DNA of 64,000 bases from Anolis carolinensis (lineage: Eukaryota), in NCBI RefSeq assembly GCF_035594765.1, contig NC_085842.1, positions 160,407,036 through 160,471,035 on the forward strand, given 5' to 3'. Shown piece by piece: positions 1-10,419 of this stretch; within the stretch, counting starts at the first letter, position 1; every line of letters starts with the position of its first letter. Under the pieces are notes generated by a model. The model ran no database searches and was not told the origin of the DNA. It saw only the letters and a program-made list of their open reading frames with translations. Made by a program: the position numbers and the translations under genes.

Positions 1-2
1 GT

Positions 3-3000
3 GTCTTAGCTGACACTAATGAGAAAGAAAATAAGGTGAGGGCAATTCTAGATGCCTTGGAATTTAGTTCTCCACCTGTTAATCTAAGGTCTGAGCCAAA
101 AGGAAATCAGTCTTCCTTATGCAGCCATGAGACCAATCTTTTAAAATCACCTGCTGTGGCACTTAGTCTTAAGTCCAACCGCTCTAGCCAGGTATCTAAA
201 CTAAGGGAGTGTGCATCATCTAAACATAGCCACTCTAGCAAGTCTTCTGCTGCTGGGAGTGCCATCTCTTCCCTAGCTGCCTTGCACATTAAGGAGGCTG
301 CACGTCTGGAGCTAAAGAGCAAGGTAGCGGGGGCGGAGGCTGATGCTAAGGCAGCTGATCTCACCCTTCCCTTTAAAGAAGAAGAGCAACGACTGCAAAG
401 CAAAATGCAAATAGAACAGGCCCAAAGGCAATGTGAAATAGAAATGCTTAGAATAAAGATGGATGCCGCAGCCAAAAGGGTAAGGGCTGAGACTTTGGCC
501 AAGGCCCTAATTGAGCCACTCACAGAAGAAAATGTAAGCCAGTTACCAATACAGGATCCTTCTGCCAAAGTGTTTGCGCACCTTGGCAGCATGAACAGCC
601 AGTTTTCGGATGAGGAACAGGGAGACTTCTCTCCTTACCCAGAGCAGGGCCCCAAAGTCACTTTTGAGTTTCCTGCAGAGCAGAGCGTCATAGCGGGGAG
701 CTCACCCTTGCTCGAGCTACCTGTGCCTCCTGCTAAAACCCTAGGTCAGTCAATCAGGGCCTCAAGGCCGAGTGCTAGTTGGCCCCTACAGACAGCTGCA
801 CAGGGAACCATCGATTCGTCAGTGGTCGATGTCATCCCTCCAAGAGGCCAAAGGTTGACGCAAGGTACACGGTGGGAGTCCACTCCACAACAGCAAACTC
901 CTCAATTGTTCCCTTCGACGCCAGAGTCCCAGCTTGTCTCCATCATCAGAAGCCCCAGAAGAGATCTTAAGGACAAGGGTGTCGAAAAGTTTTCGGACAA
1001 GCCTGAGGAATTTCTTCTCTGGAAGGCCACCTTCCAGAGAGCAATCAGAGACTTAAAGTTATTGCCTGAGGAAGAACTGACTCTTCTGGCTGCATGGTTG
1101 GGCCCAGCCTCATCCTCACAAGTTAAGAAGATCTACGCAGCCCACGTAGCCGATCCCGACAAAGCCCTGGAAAAGGCCTGGGCCAGGTTGCAGCAGAGGT
1201 ATGGGGCCAGCACAGAGATTGAAGCATCTCTTATGGACAAGCTCCAAAGGTTCCCAGCTTTAAAACTCAAAGACTTCAAACTCTTGTGGGACCTTAGCGA
1301 TCTCCTTACGGAATTAGAGTCGGCCAAGGAGAATCCAGAACTGCCCGGTTTGAAGTGCCTCGATCAGCACCTGTCCCAGAGGCAGATCTTGACCAAGCTG
1401 CCCTTCACTTTGCAAGAACGCTGGGGACAGGAGGTCTTCAACTACAAGGAGGCCCACTCCCAGGCATACCCTCCATTTTCTCATTTGGTCCAGTTCATCA
1501 CCAGGGCGGCCAGAGAAAGGAATGATCCGCAGACGGGCCTCCCCACCTTATACCGAGGGACCCATCCAGGGAAGGCATCTGAAGTGGACAAGAAACCACC
1601 TAGAGAGGCCAATAGACCTGTCAGCGTAAAGGCAGTCGAAACTCAGCACAGGGCCAACGAATCCAAGTCAGAGGTGAAGGAGGTGCTCTGCCCCATTCAC
1701 CAAAAGCCTCACAGTTTGGCCAACTGCCGGGAATTTGGCAAGAAGCCTTATAAAGAAAGACAACAGATTGTACAGAAGCTGGGCATATGTTTTAGGTGCT
1801 GTGGAGCAACTCCTCACTTTGCATCCAACTGCAAAGAGGACGTCAAATGCGCAAGGTGTAACAGCCTTAAGCATTGCACCGCGATGCACAACTCTGACGC
1901 TGTCTCCCGCGCCAAAGGGGACACGTCTTCCAAAGAAGGGTCATCTACTGAAGCCACCAACATGCAGACCGCGTCACGGATGCAGGAGGATGCCCCATCG
2001 GTCGCCTGTACTGAACTATGCTCTGACGTGCACCAGTTCAGAGTCTGCCATCCCATCTGCCTAGCAGATGTATATCCAGCCAGAAGACCTTGGCTTAAAA
2101 AGAGACTTTACGTGGCTTTGGATTCACAAAGCGACGCCTCCCTGGCGACTCCAGAGTTTTTCCAACTGTTTGACATAAAAACCCAGACGGTCGACTACAC
2201 CATGTCCACCTGTGTAGGGAAGAAGAAGTTGCAGGGTCGCATAGCATCCGGCTTTGTTGTCTCCTCTTGTGACCAGAAGAGACTGTTCGAGTTACCAGAC
2301 CTCATTGAGTGTTCCTCTATTCCCCGGAACAAAAGGCAGATTGTAACTAGAGAAGTTGTGGAGGCTCATCCACACTTGCGAAGGCTGAAGAACGCCTTAC
2401 CTGCTTTCCGTCCAGATGTGGACATTGCCCTTCTGCTTGGTGCGGACTGTCCGAACTTGTTCTATGTGAACGACCAAGTTAAGGGACCTCCAGGGGCGCC
2501 CATTGCTCAGCTGCTACCACTAGGCTGGACAGTTACAGGCCCAGTGTGCATAAACAAGATGCACCCACCATCGTCGTTGGACTCCAATCAAGCACAGGTG
2601 CTTAAAGGTGGACGTCCTACACTTGTGCGCAGTTGCCTAAGTCACATCTCAGTCTACTGCCAAGCAATAACTCCAGAGTATTCCTCCATCTTCAAAGTCT
2701 CTGAGAGAGACGAAGCCACAGCGCTCTCGAAAGATGAGCAAAGGTTTTCGGACATTATGAATGCTCAAGTCTCACGAAGTGCAGAGGTGAAAGCCTGCAA
2801 ATCAACCACAGAAATCAAGATGGGCCAAAGATCTTGCCTGGAACCACACCGTTTTGAACGTTTTTCGGAGTGGCACAGTCTTCTTAGAGCAGTTGCTAGG
2901 CTTATACATCGTTTAGCTTGCAAAGATAGTGAGCCTTTACAGGTCCAAGATATGATAAAGGCTAAGAGCGTCATATTCAAGTCAGTACAGAGATCTGCTT

Positions 3001-4319
3001 TCAAGCAGGAAATAGCTAGGCTAGAGCAAGGGCTCAACATCCCTAATCAAAGTCTTCTAAATGAGTTAAACCCATTTCTAGACAAGGAGGGTATTTTGAG
3101 AGTTGGAGGAAGGTTAGCCAAAGCTAAACTCAAGGCGTGCATAAAAAACCCCATCATCATACCCCCTAATAGTCACACTGCATTGCTGCTCGTTCGGCAT
3201 CACCATGAAAGGATCCATCATCAGGGTAGAACTCTAACTGAGGCAGCCCTTAGAAATGAAGGTCTGTGGGTAGTTAATGCCAAAAGGTTGGTCAACAGTT
3301 GTATTTTCAAATGTGTTAAATGCAGGCGCCTTAGGCGAAACTGTCAAAGTCAGTTGATGGCAGAACTACCTCAGGATAGGACTTTGACAGACCCACCCTT
3401 TTCCCATGTGGGAATCGATGTGTTTGGTCCTTGGGAGATTGTCACTAGGAAAACCAGGGGTGGTGTTGTAAATAACAAGAGGTGGGCAGTTTTGTTTACT
3501 TGTTTAGTAATACGAGCTGTCCATATAGAAGTCATAGAAGGGATGGACACTTCATCATTTTTAAACGCATTGAAAAGGTTCATAGCCCTCAGAGGGCCAA
3601 TTAAGTCAATTCGGTCGGACTGTGGCACCAATTTTGTAGGTGCGACCAAAGAACTCAATTGTGTGTCTAGGTTTGGGAGAGACCCAAAGGTTCAGAACTT
3701 TACGAATACTGAACAAATTATGTGGACTTTCAATGTTCCTCACGCCTCCCACATGGGTGGTGTTTGGGAGAGGATGATTGGTATTAGTCGCAAAATCCTT
3801 AATGCCATGCTTTTGAGTCATAGGTCATTGACGCATGATGTTTTGGTGACACTTATGGCGGAAGTTACCGCAATTATCAACAACCGGCCGCTGGTTCCCC
3901 TTACCAGTGACCCTGAGAACTTACAACCACTGACTCCTACACTTATTTTGACACAAAAGGTGCCAGGATGGAAGGACATCATGTTGCCAGTTCCGGACGG
4001 AACTCACCGTGCCCTGTGGAAACAGGTGCAGTCCTTGGCCAACCACTTTTGGAAAAGGTGGAAAGCTGAGTACTTAAGCCAGCTTCAAGCTAGAAGAATC
4101 TGGCAAAGCCCACAGGACAACATTGAGGTTAACAACGTTGTGTTGTTAAAGGACAAAGACTTGCCCCGCCATGCATGGCCCATGGGCATTGTATTAAAGA
4201 CCTTTCCTTGCCCGGACGGTAAGGTCAGGAAAGTTCAATTAAAGACTTGCAACAGAGGCAAAGTGTCCATTTTGGACAGACCAATTAGTGACCTCGTGTT
4301 GCTTATTGGAGATGTTTAA
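3..4319 (+). CDS. BEL/Pao LTR-retrotransposon polyprotein (Gag - triple zinc knuckle - aspartic protease - integrase), lacking RT and RNase H; 5' end runs off the window
   Basis: Frame is open from nt 3 to the TAA at 4319. Gag motif KFSDKPEEFLLWKATF; three Cys/His knuckles (CPIH..HSLANC, CFRCC..HFASNC, CARC..HCTAMH, ~1689-1890); protease ALDSQS (Asp codon 2121); LLLGAD..LGWTVTGP; integrase HHCC plus GIDVFGP / RSDCGTNF / GGVWER DDE triad; C-terminal FWKRWKAEYL..DGKVRKV typical of BEL/Pao. Confidence 0.95.
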   Translation, partial: VLADTNEKENKVRAILDALEFSSPPVNLRSEPKGNQSSLCSHETNLLKSPAVALSLKSNRSSQVSKLRECASSKHSHSSKSSAAGSAISSLAALHIKEAARLELKSKVAGAEADAKAADLTLPFKEEEQRLQSKMQIEQAQRQCEIEMLRIKMDAAAKRVRAETLAKALIEPLTEENVSQLPIQDPSAKVFAHLGSMNSQFSDEEQGDFSPYPEQGPKVTFEFPAEQSVIAGSSPLLELPVPPAKTLGQSIRASRPSASWPLQTAAQGTIDSSVVDVIPPRGQRLTQGTRWESTPQQQTPQLFPSTPESQLVSIIRSPRRDLKDKGVEKFSDKPEEFLLWKATFQRAIRDLKLLPEEELTLLAAWLGPASSSQVKKIYAAHVADPDKALEKAWARLQQRYGASTEIEASLMDKLQRFPALKLKDFKLLWDLSDLLTELESAKENPELPGLKCLDQHLSQRQILTKLPFTLQERWGQEVFNYKEAHSQAYPPFSHLVQFITRAARERNDPQTGLPTLYRGTHPGKASEVDKKPPREANRPVSVKAVETQHRANESKSEVKEVLCPIHQKPHSLANCREFGKKPYKERQQIVQKLGICFRCCGATPHFASNCKEDVKCARCNSLKHCTAMHNSDAVSRAKGDTSSKEGSSTEATNMQTASRMQEDAPSVACTELCSDVHQFRVCHPICLADVYPARRPWLKKRLYVALDSQSDASLATPEFFQLFDIKTQTVDYTMSTCVGKKKLQGRIASGFVVSSCDQKRLFELPDLIECSSIPRNKRQIVTREVVEAHPHLRRLKNALPAFRPDVDIALLLGADCPNLFYVNDQVKGPPGAPIAQLLPLGWTVTGPVCINKMHPPSSLDSNQAQVLKGGRPTLVRSCLSHISVYCQAITPEYSSIFKVSERDEATALSKDEQRFSDIMNAQVSRSAEVKACKSTTEIKMGQRSCLEPHRFERFSEWHSLLRAVARLIHRLACKDSEPLQVQDMIKAKSVIFKSVQRSAFKQEIARLEQGLNIPNQSLLNELNPFLDKEGILRVGGRLAKAKLKACIKNPIIIPPNSHTALLLVRHHHERIHHQGRTLTEAALRNEGLWVVNAKRLVNSCIFKCVKCRRLRRNCQSQLMAELPQDRTLTDPPFSHVGIDVFGPWEIVTRKTRGGVVNNKRWAVLFTCLVIRAVHIEVIEGMDTSSFLNALKRFIALRGPIKSIRSDCGTNFVGATKELNCVSRFGRDPKVQNFTNTEQIMWTFNVPHASHMGGVWERMIGISRKILNAMLLSHRSLTHDVLVTLMAEVTAIINNRPLVPLTSDPENLQPLTPTLILTQKVPGWKDIMLPVPDGTHRALWKQVQSLANHFWKRWKAEYLSQLQARRIWQSPQDNIEVNNVVLLKDKDLPRHAWPMGIVLKTFPCPDGKVRKVQLKTCNRGKVSILDRPISDLVLLIGDV

Positions 4320-4407
4320 AGTTCTAGTGTTTGTATTGTTGTGTATACAAAGGTGTTTGTATGTTTTTGATTGGTAAATTCCCACATCCTGGGAATTTAG
4401 CGGGGAG

Positions 4408-5122
4408 TGTTCCGTCCCCCAGGACGATGGTTTGCCTTACCTATTGGTCGTTTGTTTGTTTTCCCTCCTTTACATTTTGTTTGAGCCTCTGGCTGCAAAA
4501 GCCTAGGAAAAGTGGCTTGGAATCTGCAAGAGCTGGCTGCAGTTTTCTTTGCAGTGATTGGTCAAAGAGTGCAACATCTTAGGACCGCCCTTTTTACCAG
4601 GGTCTAGTCTCCATTTTAGAGTTTCATTCTGGCTATAGTCTTCCAACGTGCTGGAGCTGTGCAAGGCTAACTGGGACAAATCATCCTCAAAACCAGGCCA
4701 ATCTAAGCCTATCCAAATTAGATAAGTATTGAATTATACTGATCTGGAATAGGAATTCTAGTTAGAGGAGCAGGGTTATTCCATCGCTTCTAGAACTAAT
4801 CTTTGCTGTAAAGATAGGGAAGAAAAGAGTTTCTCCTTCTAATATAGACAGCGTGATTAGGGTATAGTGGTTTTATAATCACCTTTGCCTTCTGGAACCA
4901 GGGATAATTCTGCAACTAAAACCTATGGAAATTTGTTTCATTTTCTGCAACTTTAAGATCTGTGCCAGGTTTACAACCTTGTATGAATAAACATCCTTTT
5001 TGAAGTTATCCAGACTCAGTCGTTCAATATCTATAGGACAGCTTATAGGGATTTGCAGTTCGCCCGGATAAAGGACAGCACGTTTCAGTTTTATAGTTTT
5101 TTATTGTCCGGCGGACGGCACA
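4408..5122 (+). mobile_element. 3' LTR of the BEL/Pao element (715 bp)
   Basis: Follows purine tract AGCGGGGAG (4399-4407). Starts TGTTCCGTCC and ends GGACGGCACA (TG..CA termini, 9/10 inverted repeat). AATAAA at 4986-4991. Confidence 0.88.
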
Positions 5123-5190
5123 CCACTTATCAATAGGTGTAGTTGCCATGATCTTGGTTTTCTTGACGTTTAACTGCAACCCAGCTTTAA
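5123..5190 (-). mobile_element. RTE/BovB LINE fragment (insertion target of the BEL element)
   Basis: Translates to KAGLQLNVKKTKIMATTPIDKW, matching the BovB post-RT motif (GLKLNIQKTKIMASGPITSW), and stops exactly at the LTR end. Confidence 0.75.
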
Positions 5191-5369
5191 AGTTGTACAG
5201 TGGGATAAATATGTAAATATTTCCTGCCCACAATTCTTAGGGTGTATTTAAGGTCAAAAGAATTGGGAGGGGCCTACGGAAACAGCATGGAAAGAGGTGG
5301 GTGAATAGTTTTCCTGGTATCTGGGGAAGGAAGGCCAAAAAAAAATATGTAAAATGGACGACTCCTATT

Positions 5370-5739
5370 TTAGTTACAAACATCCAACTTACAAATGACT
5401 CATAGTTAAGAACAGGTGAGACAAGAGGAAGTGAGAGAAATTTACTCCTCAGAAGGAAAATTCACTCCTAAAAACGTTATAGGGAAAAGGTGTCTCCACT
5501 GAAGCTTTCTCACCAATCCTTGTTCCCACAACAAGTCATTTTTGTCCCTGGACAGAGATGAAATCTGAATAGAGGCACAGATAGCAAAACAACAACAAGG
5601 ATGTTAACCCTTCCCTACGCTATCCAAAGCTTTAAAAAAAATTGGCTGGAGTTACACTTTAAAAATGTACCTGTTCTGATTTACGTACAAATGCAACTTA
5701 AGAACAAACCTATCTTGTTTGTAACTTGGGGACTGCCTG
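5370..5739. mobile_element. Tigger/pogo-like non-autonomous DNA transposon, left end degraded
   Basis: Right end GTAACTTGGGGACTGCCTG+TA; body homologous to the split copy at 44019-45570. Confidence 0.65.
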
Positions 5740-6190
5740 TATACAGTTAAGAAGGTGAAAATGAGAAATTGGTCTGGGGTGGCAAGAGAAGCAATCCACC
5801 ACAGATAAACTGTATTGTTAGATTTTTTTGTAACATACTTAGGGAAAAAACATCAGATTGAGTATGCCAACTTTTCTTCCTCAAGCAAACATAATTTAGG
5901 ATTGACTAACAAAGTAGCCAACTCTGCCCAATGGATATTATTACTACCAAAAATGCTATTTTCAAAGATAGTAATGACAATTATGTTCAAAAAATTGTCC
6001 ATTTAACTTAAACACTAGTTTCAAGTCCCAACTTGGGAACCTGTGTCTTTCTGGGGAACTCTTCAAAGTTACATTTTTGAGAAATTATTTTATATAAAAA
6101 TAACTCGATAAAGGCTCTTCCTCAAACTTCAACACCATTGATAAAGCTCCTACCTATCTCTTTAATATGTCAGATCTTAGCCCCTTCAAT

Positions 6191-6256
6191 CAGTGGTTCT
6201 CAACCTGTGGGTTCCCAGATGTTATGGCCTTCAACTCCACAGGTTGAGAACAACTG
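6191..6256. mobile_element. Minimal 66-bp hAT MITE
   Basis: TIRs CAGTGGTTCTCAACCTGTG / CACAGGTTGAGAACAACTG; 8-bp TSD CCTTCAAT/CCTTAAAT. Deletion derivative of the 47118-47252 copy. Confidence 0.75.
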
Positions 6257-6291
6257 CCTTAAATGATCTTGCAAAACCTGCATTATAGTTA

Positions 6292-6593
6292 CAGTAAATG
6301 GGCCGGCAGAATGTTGGATAAGTGAATATGTTGGATAATAAGGAGGGATCAAGGAAAAGCCTATTAAACATCAAATTAGGTTATGATTTTACAAATTAAG
6401 CACCCAAACATCATGTTATACAACAAATTTGACAGAAAAAGTAGTTCAATACGCAGTAATGTAATGTAGTAATTACTGTATTTACAAATTTGGCACCAAA
6501 ATATCACGATGTATTGAAAACATTGACTACAAAAATGTGTTGGATAATCCAGAATGTTGGATAAGCGAATGTTGGATAAGCGAGACTCTACTG
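6292..6593. mobile_element. Tc1/mariner-class MITE (CAGTAGAGTCTCACTTATCCAA TIR family), left TIR partly deleted
   Basis: Near-identical to copies at 13317, 17469, 36156, 48065, 48431, 48783, 53340 and 54439; TA flanks. Confidence 0.8.
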
Positions 6594-7065
6594 TACTTTC
6601 ATAATTTGAATATCTTTGGCCCTTTACCACTTAACCAATGTGCTGGTTTTAAAAATAGTTAATCTGGTCTGGCTGAACTATTTGCAATTATGTGAATTAC
6701 AGATAATACTCCAATATTTCCGGATGTAACTTTCATTTCATTCCGTTCCATTGTCATCTACAAAGTTCATGCTCAAGAACTGCACAATTAGGTTACAAAA
6801 AATCATTTCAATTTTTTAAACATTTAAAGTAAATTTACGATTTTGTGTTGGACCTCATTAATAGATGCATTCATAGCAACCCACAGGCCATGGGTTAGAC
6901 AAGCCTGCTGAGTGCCTTCTATCCCACTTTCACCGGATGACACAAATATGCTTATCTGCAATGCCTCACTGTCTTTGAGCAGTATGTTTTTTACATATGT
7001 TTTTACATCATATTTCATGCCTCTTGATCTGCTTCTCAGCCATTACTGGGCTTTCTAATTAGAAT

Positions 7066-8135
7066 AATAGAATCATAGAATAGAGTTGGAAGAGACCTCA
7101 TAGCCATCTAGTCCAACCCCCTGCACAGAGCTGTCCTTAGGTAATTCCCCCCCGCCCCCCGGCAGTGCGGGGGGCGGGGCCAGGCAGGGGCAGGACCAGT
7201 ATGTCTGAGAAAAATATGCTTCCAATCTTCCAGTTGTTGGGAATACCATGACAGAGGACCCCACATAGCAACTGATAGGGATGCCCATGCTGAAATCCTT
7301 TTACAAGTGTTGCTTCTCCTCTTTGCTAAGTAGGAACGCTGGGTGTTACCTAAACTGTATTGCTTGAGGACTTGTCTCCTGAGTCTGGCTGCGGGGGGAG
7401 GGGGGGGGAAAAAAGGCCTGGAAAGGAGGAGAAGGAGGAGGGGTGGTGGCGCCATCCCCCCGGGGCCTCAACGGCACCCCGGGATGATGGCGCCACAGGC
7501 AAATGCTTCCCTCGCCTGGCGGTTGGACCGCCTCTGCCCCTGCAAGAAGCAGGAAATAGCATTCAAAGCACCCCCGACAGATGGCCATCCAGCCTCTGCT
7601 TAAAAGCCTCCAAAGTAGGAGCCTCCATCACACTCCTGGGCAGAGAATTCCACTGCCAAACAGCTCTCACAGTTAGGAAGTTCTTCCTGATGTTCAGGTG
7701 GCATCTCCTTTCCTGTAGTTTAAAGCCATTGTTCCATGTCCTAGTCTCCAGGGCAGCAGAAAACAAGCTTGCTCCCTCCTCCCTAAGACTTCCTCTCACA
7801 TATTCATACATGGCTATCATGTCTCCTCTCAACCTTCTCTTCTGCAGGCTAAACGTGTCCAGCTCTTTAAGCCGCTCCTCATAAGGCTTTTTACTCCTGA
7901 CCCTTGATCATTTTAGTTGCCCTCCTCTGGACACATTCTAGCTTGTCAACTGCGGTGCCCAGAATTGGACACAATATCCCAGGTGAGGTCTGACCAAGGC
8001 AGAATAAAGGGGGAGCATGATTTCCCTGGATCTGGACACTATTGATGCAGGCCAAAATCCCGTTGGCCTTTTTTGTGGCTGCATCACATTGTTGGCTCAT
8101 GTTTAACTTGTCCATGAGGACTCCAAGGTCTTTTT
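7066..8135 (-). mobile_element. CR1 LINE 3' portion, interrupted by a hAT MITE
   Basis: [60 protein letters not shown]; (ATTCTATG)-type tail at the left end. Confidence 0.9.
7126..7536. mobile_element. GC-rich hAT-type non-autonomous element inside the CR1 3' UTR
   Basis: Perfect 8-bp TSD CCCCTGCA (7118-7125 and 7537-7544); imperfect TIRs CAGAGCTGTCC / GGACCGCCTCTG. Confidence 0.8.
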
Positions 8136-8511
8136 CTTTTATTTCAATTTATTTAGTAAATATACAAATCTGCATCAGAGAAGTGGTACGCATGTGTCTC
8201 ATGGATTTGCAGGAACCTGAAAAACTTTAGAAAATGAGGAGCTCCAACAGATATAACAGAAAAAGAATGTGGACTCCTGCACTTGAGATGGCAGACTGCT
8301 CCTTGTGATAGTCTGAGAATGCAGCAAGTAAATCTCTCTTTGGGAATTTAATAGCTCCCTAAACATTTGTGTTCAACCATTGTTTAGTTATTGCTATGAA
8401 ACAGTAGTACATGTATGCATAGTAAAGATTTGTGATATCTCTATATGAGCTCTATGAATTTCTCATTTAATAAAAATTTTCTTTAAACTTTAAAAGATGG
8501 ATTATTGTTAC

Positions 8512-8777
8512 CTTTCTCCTTTTCACTTCCCCATCCGCTTATGAAACATGGAGTTTCGAGAGTTATCAAACGAGGACTACTAGATATGCAGATGGGCTGA
8601 ATACGGTCACTGAATATGACAGATGTCTGTAATTTCATCAAGGCAATATCATTGTCATAGGACTCGTTCTTGAAGTTAAAATGGACCAATATAGCTCTGA
8701 CCAGGCTCTTTACAGTGTAAGTGTTATGGTTATAAAGATCATGCAAACCAAGTACAACTCTCCAAAAATGTGGATCC
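8512..8777 (-). CDS. TMPRSS12: TMPRSS12-like protease copy A, exon 3 (catalytic Asp, NDIAL)
   Basis: 266 bp, AG acceptor and GT donor, phase 2/1; DPHFWRVVLG..YDNDIALMKL..IQPIC..CFISGWG. Confidence 0.9.
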
Positions 8778-10159
8778 CTAGGGAAGAATAAAAACTGCTT
8801 AAAAATCAACAATTACTACATCCCTTATTGTTATGTCAGATACTTTGTAAGTCATCACAAACTTCACAATCTGCAAAACATTACATATGAAGCTAGACTT
8901 AAATCAGATTCAAGAATTTACTTCAAATAATAAAGGTGGAATCCCATCAAGGCAAATGCTTCAATAATATAGCAGTCTTTTCCTATGTATATAGCTCAAT
9001 GGAAAATAACTCTTCCACATGAAAAGTTTATTATAACCGGAAATATTTTTTTTCCAGAAGCTAGTATATCTATATCAAGAGAGTATCATATTCATGGTTG
9101 ACTGACATCACAAATGTTTAGAGCAGGCAACATGAATTTTATGTATTTTGAGGCTTTTATTTTTAATTTCTTGAGCAGCAACTGCTTTTTGTACCATGTA
9201 ACCATCCATCTTTTCATAATATTTTATAATTGATATCCTTTTCCCCAAATGGCATGAAACTAAGTGTAGCTGCATAAAACAATGGTAATTGTTCAAAATA
9301 GCAATAAAAAGATGCATGCCACAAAAATAACATAATATTCTTCAGATGCTATGGAAGTCACAACTTGTAAAATGAAAGGCAAATTGGAAGTCATAGCTAT
9401 CTCTTGTGGCAGTAAGGCCCATAGTTTAATTATACACTATGTAAAGAAGGACTTTCTGTTACTTGTCTTTAATCTGTTTCACAACCCATCTTCAGATGAT
9501 CTTGGACTCTAGTATTGTGAGACAAGACATAAAAGTTTCTCTTTATCTACTTTCTTCTCACCATGTATAATTTTATATACATCTATTATGTTTCCCCTTA
9601 CCTTTTTCTAAGCCAGCCTTATACACTTTAACACAAGCAAACTTTGGAAAATCCTAAAGAAATTGATTGTCTTTTCCCTCATTCTGCAGCCAAACCTAAA
9701 GAACTCAGCATCCAGATCTTGAATGGAAACAAATTCTAAAATCAAGTCTAGAGGTTAAAGGTAGCAACCAGTAGACCTTTTCCCCCACTATCATCTGTAA
9801 ATTAAATCAAAGAAATGATGTGGAAGGTATTCCAGTGATGGTATCCACAGGACCAAAGAAATGAACTTTCCATTTCCAGAAGCACGTGCCTTTCTACAGT
9901 CTGAGATTAATGAGGTTGTATTAAACAATCAACAAACAAGATGTGCAAACACCTACTTTGTGTCCTACAGCAATGAAAAAAGTGTGTATCCAAGACTGCA
10001 TCTCTTTGCTTCAATATTACAATCCAGAGTTCCTTCAGAAGACATTACTGCCCATAAACATTTATAGCTGATTGAATCTGCAGGATGGTTTACTACTACG
10101 CCACTTTAGAACACTCATCACATTTATATTTGAGTTTATCTATATTAATTATTAGAATT

Positions 10160-10419
10160 TTTTCATGTCAGGAGCAACTTGGGAAACTGCAAGTCACTTC
10201 TGGTGTGAAAGAATTAGCCGTCTGCAAGGACGTTGCCCAGAGGATGCCCAGATGTTTGATGTTTTACCATCCTTGTAGGAGGCTTCTCTCATTTCCTCGT
10301 ATGAAGAGCTGGAGCTGACAGAGGGAGCTCACCCACTCTCCCCGGATTTGAACCGTCGACCTGTTGGTCAGCAGTCCTGCCGGCACAAGGGTTTAACACA
10401 TTGCACCACCGGGGGCTCC
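10160..10419 (-). mobile_element. tRNA-derived SINE with Vingi-like 3' tail (Anolis SINE2 type)
   Basis: Head GGAGCCCCCGGTGGTGCAATG, B box GGTTCAAATCC, tail GTTGCTCCTGACA; other copies at 20285, 28245, 55335 and 62072. Confidence 0.8.

Noticed and set aside
107-3821. Antisense and alternative-frame ORFs inside the BEL ORF (possible env or accessory gene)
   Set aside because: Shadow ORFs with no motifs. Only ~90 bp separate the stop from the LTR, so there is no room for env.
6905-7050. Weak resemblance to TMPRSS12 exon 4 on minus (ATATTTGTG..TGAAAGTGG, SGESG) as the missing exon of copy A
   Set aside because: Only two 9-mers match, out of frame, with no DSCQ or donor. Such decay is inconsistent with pristine exons 1-3. 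A formal alignment would settle it.
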